From Vulcanimicrobiota bacterium (GTDB taxonomy: Bacteria; Vulcanimicrobiota; Vulcanimicrobiia; Vulcanimicrobiales; Vulcanimicrobiaceae): DNA of 64,000 nucleotides. The notes beneath the pieces were generated by a model that worked only from the letters and a program-made list of their open reading frames with translations, did not search any database and had not been told where the DNA came from. Position numbers and translations under genes: made by a program. Below are positions 26,122 to 38,029 of the stretch, in pieces (within the stretch, counting starts at the first letter, position 1; each line of letters starts with the position of its first letter). Location of the stretch: the NCBI GenBank assembly GCA_963723485.1, contig CAVRQS010000003.1:376371-440370 (forward strand). Direction: 5' to 3'.

Positions 26122-26933
26122 TACCAGCCGCCGGACGCGCCCCCGCCGCCAAAGCTACCGCCGCCTGCCGAAAAGCCTCCGCTAAATCCGCCGCCGCCGC
26201 CGCCGAACCCGGAGCCGACGAACGCACCGCCCGCCCACGCCGGCCAATTTTTCATGTCTTTCCGTGCGGCCTTCGGACCCTCGCGCAAGATGAGATAGCC
26301 GTAGCGAATCATGCGCACCACCGCCATGACGGTCATCCAGATCAGGAACAAGAACGCCAATCCAATGATGACGGCCAGGAAGGTCGGCACGTCGCCGCCG
26401 GTGCTCTGAGCCTCCTCCGGCGGCGGCGACACTCCTTTATAGCCCGGCGTGACGGTCGTGAGCATCGCCGCCACTCCGTTCGAGACGGCCGCGTCGGGAT
26501 CGTCCGACTTCATGCGCGGTACGATGACGCCGCTGATGATTCGATGCGTGTCCGCGTCGGTCAGCGAGCTCTCCAAACCGTATCCCACCTCGATGCGGAT
26601 CTTATGGTCCTTCATGAAGAGGAAGAGCACCGCGCCGTCGTCGTGACCGCGCCGGCCGATCTTCCAATGATCGGCCGTCTCGCTGGTCCAGGTCTCGAGC
26701 GGAACGTCGCCGGTCGTCTGTCCGATCCACACGATGACCTGATGCCCGGTGGCCGTCTCGTACGCGTGCAGCTCGTTCTCGACCAAAGCCCGCGTGTCGC
26801 TCGAAAGCACGCCGGTATTGTCGGTGACGTAGTGATCGGGTGTCGGCGGAATGTTGAAGCCTTGGGCGGATCCCCCGAGTGGCCACGCCATCGCGACGGC
26901 GATCCAGGCCAAAAGCGCCGGCCGCGATCTCAC
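26121..26933 (-). CDS. TPM domain protein (YgcG-like) with TM helix and Gly-rich tail
   Basis: Signal peptide. YVTDNTGVLS...LE..TGHQVIVW... TPM fold pattern. One TM helix. C-terminal GGGGGFSGGFSAGGGSFGGGGASGGW. Confidence 0.85.
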   Translation of the reverse strand: MRSRPALLAWIAVAMAWPLGGSAQGFNIPPTPDHYVTDNTGVLSSDTRALVENELHAYETATGHQVIVWIGQTTGDVPLETWTSETADHWKIGRRGHDDGAVLFLFMKDHKIRIEVGYGLESSLTDADTHRIISGVIVPRMKSDDPDAAVSNGVAAMLTTVTPGYKGVSPPPEEAQSTGGDVPTFLAVIIGLAFLFLIWMTVMAVVRMIRYGYLILREGPKAARKDMKNWPAWAGGAFVGSGFGGGGGGFSGGFSAGGGSFGGGGASGGW

Positions 26934-27322
26934 GGTGCTTTCTCCAAATTGGTCTCGGGAAAGTACGCCCGCAGCACGCCCCCCAATCTATCGACGGCGT
27001 AGATGATGCCGTCTGCCAACGCACCTCGCGCAAAGTACGGCTGCGACTCCGCGACGACGCCGCGCCAAAACGCATCGCCCACTCTTTCGTGCAACGCCCG
27101 ATCGCCAATGATCGCAAAGCGCCTCGCCTTCGGTGCTACTAGGATCAGCGCGGCGTTTTGGTGCGGGTGCCGATGCAGGCCGGCCCGCGCGAACTCGTCT
27201 TTTGCGCGATCGAAGGCGTCGATCTCGCGATCGGGGACGACCCGCACGCCGATGCGTCCGCTCGTGCCTTCTTCCGCTTCGGCCAGCGCGCAGGCGATGG
27301 CGGAACGCTCGGCGCGCGTCAC
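26930..27322 (-). CDS. TPM domain protein
   Basis: 130 aa. IA.AE..TSGRIGVRVV......AF...GLH.....NAALILVA...RRFAIIGD is the typical short TPM phosphatase-like pattern. GTGA overlaps on both sides. Confidence 0.8.
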   Translation of the reverse strand: MTRAERSAIACALAEAEEGTSGRIGVRVVPDREIDAFDRAKDEFARAGLHRHPHQNAALILVAPKARRFAIIGDRALHERVGDAFWRGVVAESQPYFARGALADGIIYAVDRLGGVLRAYFPETNLEKAP

Positions 27323-27993
27323 GGCGAGAAGTTCACAACCGGCGCCTGCGCCGCTCCGGGCTGCGCCTGGAAGTACGGCTTCTCGTTGAAGCGACCGCCG
27401 AAGAGACCGGCGACGAACACCGTCGGGACGGTGTCGCGTTTGGTGTTGAAGACACGCGCCGCGTCATTGTATTTGCGGCGCTCAAACGCGATGCGATTTT
27501 CCGTCCCTTCCAACTGCGCCTGAAGCGTCTGGAAGTTCTCGGTGGCCCGTAACTGCGGGTAGTTCTCGACGACGGCGAGCAGCCGAGAGAGCGCGGCGCC
27601 CAGCGAATCCTGAGCGGCCGCGTACTTCGCGAAGTCCTGCGGATTGTTTATCGCGTTCTGTACGACCTGAGGCGAGATCTGCCCGACGCTCGCGCGAGCC
27701 TTGGCCACATCCTCGTAGGTGCTCTTCTCGAAGTTAGCCGCGCCCTTCACCGTCGCGACGAGGTTCGGCACCAAATCGGCACGCCGTTGATAGACGTTCT
27801 GCACTTGACCCCACTGGGCGTCGACGGCCTGCCCGAGCGAAACGAGCGAGTTATACGTTCCACCGATAAAAAGGAAAATAACGACGACGATCGCGATAAC
27901 GACGATCGGACCGACGTAAGAACGGCGCTGTTGCATGCCTGGCTGATGCGGCGCCGCGCCGCCGGTACCTCTTTTGGCAGGCATGCGGACCAT
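27319..27993 (-). CDS. lemA: LemA family protein
   Basis: N-terminal TM helix, then YNSLVSLGQAVDAQWGQVQNVYQRRADLVPNLV and RIAFERRKYNDAARVFN. The start may be an internal ATG (27936). Confidence 0.9.
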   Translation of the reverse strand: MVRMPAKRGTGGAAPHQPGMQQRRSYVGPIVVIAIVVVIFLFIGGTYNSLVSLGQAVDAQWGQVQNVYQRRADLVPNLVATVKGAANFEKSTYEDVAKARASVGQISPQVVQNAINNPQDFAKYAAAQDSLGAALSRLLAVVENYPQLRATENFQTLQAQLEGTENRIAFERRKYNDAARVFNTKRDTVPTVFVAGLFGGRFNEKPYFQAQPGAAQAPVVNFSP

Positions 27994-28011
27994 TGTGCTT
28001 AACAGGGCCGA

Positions 28012-28191
28012 ATGCTGCGCGCCGTTCTCGCGGCGATTCCGATCGTTGCGCTAACGTTGGCCGTACCGCTCGTCAATCGCGTCGAGCCGAGATTCTTCGG
28101 TCTGCCATTCCTTTTGAGCTGGATCGTAATATGGGTGCTGCTCACGCCCGCCTTTCTGTGGATGATTGGCCGCAAGGAGCGGCGCTGGTGA
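28012..28191 (+). CDS. small membrane protein (DUF3311-like) coupled to the symporter
   Basis: 59-codon ORF below the track threshold, translated by hand: MLRAVLAAIPIVALTLAVPLVNRVEPRFFGLPFLLSWIVIWVLLTPAFLWMIGRKERRW. It has two TM helices. Its stop overlaps the symporter GTG (GTGA). Confidence 0.7.
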   Translation: MLRAVLAAIPIVALTLAVPLVNRVEPRFFGLPFLLSWIVIWVLLTPAFLWMIGRKERRW

Positions 28192-29612
28192 GCCATGCGG
28201 ACTTGGCCCTGGCCATTGTGGGCCTCATCGTTTTCGGCGCGATCGCGTTTGCGCTGCTCGGCGTGCGACGTATTAAGATGGACCCCGCGGAGTACATCGT
28301 CGGGGGCCGTTCGTTCGGAACGATCTTCCTCTGGGTGCTTTTAGCGGGCGAAATTTACACGACGTTCACGTTCCTCGGCATCGCCGGTCTCTCATATTCG
28401 CAGGGCGCGCCCGCGTACTACGTGTTGGCCTATGGCGCCTGCGCGTACGTCATCGCGTACTTCCTGACGCCGGCCGTCTGGCGCGTCGCCAAAGAGCACA
28501 ACCTGCTCACGGGCCCGGACTTCTTCGAGACATGCTACAACAGTCGCGCGCTCGGCGTGGGCATCGCCATCCTTATGTTCGTGATGGTCGTACCGTACGT
28601 CGCGCTGCAGCTCAGCGGATTGCAGATCCTGTTACATATGGCGGGTTACGGTGCGTTTAACGCGACCGCGGCGGTCTGCGTCGCGTTTGTCATTCTCGCC
28701 CTCTTCGTCTTCACGGCCGGGTTGCGCGGTACCGCATGGGCAAGCATCATCAAAGACATCCTCGTGCTGAGCGCGGTAGCGTTTGCGGGCATCGCCGTGC
28801 CCATTCGCTTCTTCGGGTCGCCCACCGCCATGCTCGATCGCGTACTGCAGCTGCACCCGCAGATGCTGGTCCTACCGCCCGCCTACGCGTTCCATGGGAC
28901 AATCTGGTACGTCTCGACCGTGCTCTTGTCGGCGATCGGGTTCTTCATGGGCCCGCAGTCGTGGAGCGTGGTCTACAGTGCGCGCAGCGACGCTACGCTG
29001 CGACGCAACGCGATGCTCCTGCCCTTCTATCAAGCGCTCATGAGCCTTATGATCTTCGCCGGTCTTTCGGCGGCGCTCATTCAACCCGGCCTCAAGGGCA
29101 CCGCGGTCGACCAATCGTTCCTGCTCGTGGTCGCGCGACACTATCCGCCCTGGGTTCTCGGCATCATTGCCGGAGCCGGCGCGCTGGCGGCGCTCGTACC
29201 AGCTTCCGCGCTGCTGCTCGCCGGCGCGAGCGTGATTACCAAGAACGTCGCGGGCGATGCGTTCGGCGTCGCGACGAGCAACGCGTCTCGCACGATGCTC
29301 ACGCGCGTTCTCGTCATCGTCGTCGCACTGCTCGCCCTCGGCGTCTGGCTGACCGCGCAAAGGACGGTTGTCGAACTGCTCCTGCTCTATTATAACGGTG
29401 TGACGCAGCTCACGCCTGGCGCCGTCGCCGCTCTCGTTTGGAAGCGCGCGACCGCGCTGGCAGTCGGTGCGGGCATTACCGTCGGGCTTGCGGTCGCGAT
29501 TCCGCTCGCGGCGCTCAACGTCTCACCGTGGGGCATCAACGCCGGTTTCCTCGCGCTCGTCGCCAACATCGCGGTGTTACTCCTCATCTCGTTCGTCAGA
29601 CCGCGCCGGTAG
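28188..29612 (+). CDS. sodium:solute symporter family transporter
   Basis: ORF 27993..29612 trimmed to the in-frame GTG at 28188. About 13 helices. EYIVGGRSFG... is SSF-like. Confidence 0.9.
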   Translation: MSHADLALAIVGLIVFGAIAFALLGVRRIKMDPAEYIVGGRSFGTIFLWVLLAGEIYTTFTFLGIAGLSYSQGAPAYYVLAYGACAYVIAYFLTPAVWRVAKEHNLLTGPDFFETCYNSRALGVGIAILMFVMVVPYVALQLSGLQILLHMAGYGAFNATAAVCVAFVILALFVFTAGLRGTAWASIIKDILVLSAVAFAGIAVPIRFFGSPTAMLDRVLQLHPQMLVLPPAYAFHGTIWYVSTVLLSAIGFFMGPQSWSVVYSARSDATLRRNAMLLPFYQALMSLMIFAGLSAALIQPGLKGTAVDQSFLLVVARHYPPWVLGIIAGAGALAALVPASALLLAGASVITKNVAGDAFGVATSNASRTMLTRVLVIVVALLALGVWLTAQRTVVELLLLYYNGVTQLTPGAVAALVWKRATALAVGAGITVGLAVAIPLAALNVSPWGINAGFLALVANIAVLLLISFVRPRR

Positions 29613-29631
29613 ATACCCGCGCCGTTCTTAC

Positions 29632-33426
<3,795 letters not shown>

Positions 33427-33457
33427 AAGATTTTCCTCAAAAACCGTCCCCTGACGA

Positions 33458-33500
33458 TTGTCATCTGAGCGCAACCCGAAGGATTGCAGTCGAAGGGCGC
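33458..33500. repeat. degenerate REP-like element copy in the rpoC upstream region
   Basis: ttgtcatctgagcg...ccgaaggattgc agtcgaagggcgc compares with ttgtcaccctgagcggagtcgaagggtgac at 3073-3102. Confidence 0.4.
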
Positions 33501-33698
33501 CGCCTACGCAGGGAATCGCTCTCACGTCGTCACGTAAGGGTTCCCACCGCCGCCGCTGGCCCGGGGGCACGGCCATAGAGTATATCACCTCGGTCCGCCG
33601 TCCTCAAGCGGGCCGGGCGCGGCCGTCGCGTACGAGTGAGTCTTGCGCCGAAAGCCCTAAACTCAGGCATCGCCCAGCTTCCTGGGTACGCGAATATC

Positions 33699-34202
33699 AT
33701 GATTATAGGAATTGTTGGCTCTGACGACCGCGCCCAGGCGATCGGCCGCCTCCTGAGCAGCGGCGGACACAAGGTCACTTTCGGCGACCCAGGCGGCAAC
33801 GATCGCGCGGGCCGCGCCGCAGCCACCCTCGGTACGGAGAGCGAGCTGCCGTACGAGCAGGCCATGACATCCGACCTGCTGGTGATGGCGGTGCCGCGCG
33901 AGCAGCTCGACCGCGCGGTGACGGCGGTCGGGTCGGGCGCGGATGCCGTAATCGTCGATGCGGTCGAGGGCGAGCGGGGCAGCCCGACGCACAGCGGGGC
34001 CGAACAGCTTGCCCGAAAGCTCGACAGTCATCGCGTCGTGCGCGCGCTGATCAACATGCCGCAACCCGGCTGCAACATCCCGATATGCGGCGACGACGAC
34101 CAGTCGAAGGTGTTGGTCGACAAGGCTCTCCACGCGTGCGGTTGCGAGACGACCGACCGCGGACCGCTCTCGAACTCAACGGAGCTGGAGGCCCCAGTCT
34201 AG
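33699..34202 (+). CDS. NADP oxidoreductase, coenzyme F420-dependent family-like protein
   Basis: ORF trimmed to the ATG at 33699 (MIIGIVGSDDRAQAIGRLLSSGGHKVTF). Rossmann-like N-terminus with a degenerate glycine motif. Length is typical of NpdG-like proteins. Confidence 0.6.
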   Translation: MIIGIVGSDDRAQAIGRLLSSGGHKVTFGDPGGNDRAGRAAATLGTESELPYEQAMTSDLLVMAVPREQLDRAVTAVGSGADAVIVDAVEGERGSPTHSGAEQLARKLDSHRVVRALINMPQPGCNIPICGDDDQSKVLVDKALHACGCETTDRGPLSNSTELEAPV

Positions 34203-34222
34203 GGCCTCCGCTTCCATCTTTT

Positions 34223-34597
34223 CTACTTCTTCGACGAACGCTTGCGCGGGACTTTGCCGCCCGCGCGGCGTGCCTCACTCAGGCCGATCGCGATCGCCTG
34301 TTTGCGGCTCTTCACTTTCTTCCCCGAGCGACCTGATTTGAGCTCGCCACGCTTCATCTCGTGCATCGCACGCTCGACCTTCTTACCGGCCTTGCGCCCG
34401 TACTTGCGCCGAGACTTCTTGCGGCCGCCACTCTTCTTTCGCGAGCTGCTCTTCTTTCGCGACGTGCTCTTCTTGCGCGACGTGCTCTTCTTGCGCGAAG
34501 TGCTCTTCTTGCGCGAAGTGCTCTTCTTGCGCGAAGTGCTCTTTTTGCGCGAACCACTCTTACGAGTGCCGGTCTTTTTTCGCTTACGGCTAGGCAT
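34223..34597 (-). CDS. highly basic protein with tandem KKSTSR repeats and a conserved C-terminal domain (DUF6496-like)
   Basis: 124 aa. N-terminal (SRKKST)n repeat, then VERAMHEMKRGELKSGRSGKKVKSRKQAIAIGLSEARRAG. The family name is from memory. Confidence 0.75.
   Translation of the reverse strand: MPSRKRKKTGTRKSGSRKKSTSRKKSTSRKKSTSRKKSTSRKKSTSRKKSSSRKKSGGRKKSRRKYGRKAGKKVERAMHEMKRGELKSGRSGKKVKSRKQAIAIGLSEARRAGGKVPRKRSSKK
34431..34556. repeat. 18-bp tandem repeat, 7 copies, in frame within the basic-protein gene
   Basis: Unit ctcttcttgcgcgaagtg. Copies start at 34431, 34449, 34467, 34485, 34503, 34521 and 34539. The three central copies are identical and the flanking copies differ by 1-5 nt. 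Confidence 0.95.
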
Positions 34598-34626
34598 AAC
34601 AAGCTACCCCTTTCGTCCGAAACCTA

Positions 34627-34785
34627 TCAAACGCGAGCGCCTCGTCCGGTGAGGAGATTGATGATAATGAGGATGACCACGATCACCAGGATGATGTGGA
34701 TCAGTCCCCCACCTATATGGACCAAAAATCCGATCAGCCAGAGAACGAACAGAATCACGATGATGGTCCAAAGCAGTCCTGCCAT
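34627..34785 (-). CDS. lmo0937-family small membrane protein
   Basis: 52-codon ORF below the track threshold, translated by hand: MAGLLWTIIVILFVLWLIGFLVHIGGGLIHIILVIVVILIIINLLTGRGARV. A perfect AAGGAG lies 5 nt upstream of the ATG. Confidence 0.8.
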   Translation of the reverse strand: MAGLLWTIIVILFVLWLIGFLVHIGGGLIHIILVIVVILIIINLLTGRGARV

Positions 34786-34811
34786 ATTTACTCCTTGATC
34801 AACGGGTGGTT

Positions 34812-34890
34812 AAAGGCGGCGCTCGTCGTAGGAGTCCCGCACACACTCGTTCGTGTGTGGTCCCGGATCGTAGCCGAGCGGCCGCCTTTT
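34812..34890. promoter_or_regulatory. 79-nt composite palindrome in the divergent intergenic region upstream of the lmo0937-type gene
   Basis: Outer stem AAAGGCGGC-GCTCG / CGAGC-G-GCCGCCTTT. Central stem CACACAC / GTGTGTG with loop TCGTTC. The internal loops carry the hexamers TCGTAG and GTCCCG in swapped order on the two arms. Confidence 0.6.
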
Positions 34891-35072
34891 GCCTCGACCA
34901 ACCTCCGAGTCTCTTCATGACTTTGCGTATCACGTGCCCGTGCCAAAAAGGTTCCTCCTTCGCTGACGTTAGGACGTTCGTTCCCCGATTGCGGCGAAGT
35001 GAACCGGCGCCTCCCGCGGGCTTGTCGCAGCCGGCGGGGTGTAAGACGCGGCCATAGCGTAGTTACCGGAGA

Positions 35073-37466
35073 ATGGGCCGACCCGAAAAACGCGAGCAAA
35101 AGGCGGTCTGGAGGCACGACCGTCCGGCGCCGTCGCTCGTGCCGGTGACCGCGCGAATGACAGACGTGATTTGGCAAGCCGATGCCTCAGGCCGCGTAAA
35201 TGCCGTGACGCCGTGCAAGCCGACTCTGCCCGTCGGCGACGGCACGCTCGACGAAAATGAGATCGCGCAGGTCGAACAGCATTGGCGCAAATGCGTCCTG
35301 TGCGCGGAGCAGTTCAATGCGATCTTTCACGTGCGAAGCCGCGTGGGATCCTCCGTTCGCACGTTTGCACTGCAGGCCATCCCGGTACTTGACAGTCGCG
35401 ACGACGTACTGTATTGGTCCGGAACGGCGATCGAGGCGCACGGCCTCGCCGACGCCGCGACACGTTTCTTGTCGGAGACGTCGACCGTCCTGTCCTCATC
35501 GCTGAACCGCGGCACGATCGTCAACCGTCTGGCGCAGACGGCGGTGGAGACGTTCTGCGAACTCTGCATGATTCACTCAATGGACGACCACGGCGTCATT
35601 CACCTGGAAGGCATCGCCCGCCGGCGCGGCGAGGATTCGCAACCCGCCGGATTGGACGGCGTGCTGGCCGACGTGTTACGCAGCCGGCAGCCCGCGCTGC
35701 ATCTGTCCGGTTCCGTGGCGGGCACGCGATCCATGATCGTCGTGCCCATTCTGGTCGGCGCGAGCTGCGTGGGTACGGTCGCGTTCCTGGAATCCGAAAA
35801 GCCGTCCAGCTTCGTCGCACGCGACGTGGACGTTGCCGTCGTCGTGGCACGGCAGCTCGCAATGGCGCTCGAAAACATCAAGACGCTCGAGCGCGAGCAA
35901 AAGGTAACCGAGCGCTTCCGATATCTCGCGCGCGTCACCGAACGCCTCTTCACGACCCTGGACGGCGCGAAGATGCTTCAGCTCTTGACGGAATCGATCG
36001 CCGACGGCTTCGCCGAATATTCCGTAGCGGCAAGCCTGGTGGAAAACCGTTTACGGATCGTCGCCGCATGCGGCGTACGAAACCCGGCATTTCGCGATGA
36101 AACCGAACGCGAATTAATCGCCAGCCTGCAGGAGCGCCGCTCCATCCTCGTGGGTCCGCAGCTCGACGTCCGCAGGACGTTGAAGCTAGGCCCCCTCTCG
36201 GAAATGGTCCGGCCGCTCTCGTGGCTGATGGTGCCGCTCTTCTCCGGCGACGCGATCTATGGCGCGATCGTATGTTGCGCCAACAGGCGCCCGTACGATT
36301 CGGGCGACCTCGAGCTCGCCGAAGAAATCGGGCGTCGCGCGTCGCTCGCACTCGAACGCGCCGCAAGCTTCGCGCGCGAGCAGCGGATAACGCACACGTT
36401 GCAGCAGGCGACGCTGCCGACCCAGCTCGCGAGCGTCGAAGGCGCTAGCCTGAGCGCGGTCTATCGACCCGCCGAGTCCGATCTGCGCGTCGGCGGCGAT
36501 TGGTACGACTCGTTCCACTTGGACGATCGCCGCGTTCTCCTCACGGTCGGCGACGTGACCGGCCACGGATTACAGGCCTCCATCGTAATGGGCAAGCTGC
36601 GACATGCGATCAACGTCATCGCCATGTTCGAACGAAACCCGGTGCGGATTCTCAACGCGGCCGAACGCATTCTCTTGCGCCGCTATCCCGGATCGGTCGC
36701 GACGGCATTTATCGCCATCGTCGACTCGGCGCGCGATACGATAACGTATGCCAATGCCGGCCACCCGTACCCCATCGCGCGTCGCGCCGACGGCACCCTC
36801 CAGGAACTGCGTGCGGAAGGGCTGCCGGTTGGCCTGCGCTCCATAGGCGAAGACGGCAGCCCGGTCACCGAGCGCCTCGGCGATACGCGGATGCTCGTGT
36901 TCTATACCGACGGCCTTACCGACGCGACCCGCGATACGCTGGCCGGCGAGAAGCTCTTGCATCAGGCGATCGCGAGCGACGTCGTCTTCTTCGTCGGTAG
37001 CCCCGCGCGTTTCATCGAGAGTTTTTGCGTTCGAACGCGCTCCCCCGACGACGTCGCGGTGCTTACGCTGAACTTCGTCCAGTGCAAACGCTGGGCGTTC
37101 GAATCGCGCGACTGGCGCGCGGCGCGTGCGGCTCGCCGTGAGTTCGTGCAGTGTATCGAGGCGACCGCGGTGCCGACGAGCGATTTGAAGGCCGCCGAGC
37201 TGATTTTCGGCGAGCTCGCCGCGAACTTAGCGCAACAGGCCAGCCCCGTAGAGGTTGCGCTGGACTGGCACGCGCAGCGGCCGGTCCTGCATATGATCGG
37301 CCATGGCGACAGCTTCGCGACGCCGTTAGGCCGCGAAGCAGATCCCCTAGCGGAGCGCGGACGCGGCTTTTGGCTGCTGCAGCGGCTCGGAGCTCAACTA
37401 GACGTCGAAATTCTGCCCGGTTTCGGGACGCATATCGCGGCCATCTTGCCCATCATGTCCCCATAG
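35073..37466 (+). CDS. multidomain sensor: PAS-like/GAF/GAF, PP2C (SpoIIE) phosphatase, HATPase (RsbW-like) domain
   Basis: GDWYDSF...VGDVTGHGLQASIVMG...FYTDGLTDA is the SpoIIE/PP2C pattern. Two GAF-like regions lie upstream. The C-terminal ELIFGELAANLAQ...GRGFWLLQRL resembles an anti-sigma kinase ATPase. The start may be the ATG at 35157. Confidence 0.85.
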   Translation: MGRPEKREQKAVWRHDRPAPSLVPVTARMTDVIWQADASGRVNAVTPCKPTLPVGDGTLDENEIAQVEQHWRKCVLCAEQFNAIFHVRSRVGSSVRTFALQAIPVLDSRDDVLYWSGTAIEAHGLADAATRFLSETSTVLSSSLNRGTIVNRLAQTAVETFCELCMIHSMDDHGVIHLEGIARRRGEDSQPAGLDGVLADVLRSRQPALHLSGSVAGTRSMIVVPILVGASCVGTVAFLESEKPSSFVARDVDVAVVVARQLAMALENIKTLEREQKVTERFRYLARVTERLFTTLDGAKMLQLLTESIADGFAEYSVAASLVENRLRIVAACGVRNPAFRDETERELIASLQERRSILVGPQLDVRRTLKLGPLSEMVRPLSWLMVPLFSGDAIYGAIVCCANRRPYDSGDLELAEEIGRRASLALERAASFAREQRITHTLQQATLPTQLASVEGASLSAVYRPAESDLRVGGDWYDSFHLDDRRVLLTVGDVTGHGLQASIVMGKLRHAINVIAMFERNPVRILNAAERILLRRYPGSVATAFIAIVDSARDTITYANAGHPYPIARRADGTLQELRAEGLPVGLRSIGEDGSPVTERLGDTRMLVFYTDGLTDATRDTLAGEKLLHQAIASDVVFFVGSPARFIESFCVRTRSPDDVAVLTLNFVQCKRWAFESRDWRAARAARREFVQCIEATAVPTSDLKAAELIFGELAANLAQQASPVEVALDWHAQRPVLHMIGHGDSFATPLGREADPLAERGRGFWLLQRLGAQLDVEILPGFGTHIAAILPIMSP

Positions 37467-37578
37467 CGCTCGCACGCGATCGCACCTACTGCCGCGTCGA
37501 ATGGCCCCGGATTCCCGCGGCCCGTCGCCTATGAAGAGACCGAGCGGGAGGCGCGCTTGAACGCTGGCGGCGTTGCGC

Positions 37579-37737
37579 TCATTCGTCGCGCAGATACAGG
37601 GTCCAAGGCTTATCGGGATGATGATCCGGTGGAAAGCTTTCGCCTGCCGCGAGATGACGCCGGAAACCGCACTCGGAGCACTCGTACTGACCGCCGACGG
37701 TGACGGTTTCGCCGGCACTTCCAAAAATCTCGGCCAT
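37579..37737 (-). CDS. small zinc-ribbon-like protein
   Basis: ORF trimmed to the ATG at 37737: MAEIFGSAGETVTVGGQYECSECGFRRHLAAGESFPPDHHPDKPWTLYLRDE. It has a CxxC plus HH pattern. Confidence 0.5.
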   Translation of the reverse strand: MAEIFGSAGETVTVGGQYECSECGFRRHLAAGESFPPDHHPDKPWTLYLRDE

Positions 37738-37778
37738 GCCTCGTTTTACCCGCGCCGAGCCCTGGGGATACCAGGCAC

Positions 37779-38027
37779 ATGCCACTCGCAGCTTTTGAAA
37801 GCGAACCTCAGGCGTCCGCAGCGGCGACGGTTTTACGCGAGCTCGGTTTCGATTCCGAGGTCGTCCTTCGCGGCAGCAACACCTTCGAAGCACGCACGCA
37901 CGATTTCTTCGAAGGCAAAACGCCGCCGTTCGAGCCGCACGCGCTGTTGGTCAGCCAGGACGCCGACGAGGAGCGCTTCCTGAGGACCGTTCAGCGGCAC
38001 TACGGCATCGTTATCTTGTCGCCCTGA
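37779..38027 (+). CDS. hypothetical small protein
   Basis: 82-aa ORF with coding-like composition. It ends 2 nt before the udgX-like GTG. No family recognised. Confidence 0.45.
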   Translation: MPLAAFESEPQASAAATVLRELGFDSEVVLRGSNTFEARTHDFFEGKTPPFEPHALLVSQDADEERFLRTVQRHYGIVILSP

Positions 38028-38029
38028 CC

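Noticed and set aside
26121-26210. Gly-rich repetitive 3' end of the TPM gene as an independent repeat element
   Set aside because: GGGGxFxGG tails are a normal feature of YgcG-type TPM proteins. The region is in frame and not periodic at the DNA level.
34431-34556. Possible CRISPR array or non-coding minisatellite
   Set aside because: The repeats are contiguous with no spacers. The 18-nt period is a multiple of three, and the array lies in frame inside a gene with a conserved C-terminal domain. It is a coding tandem repeat.
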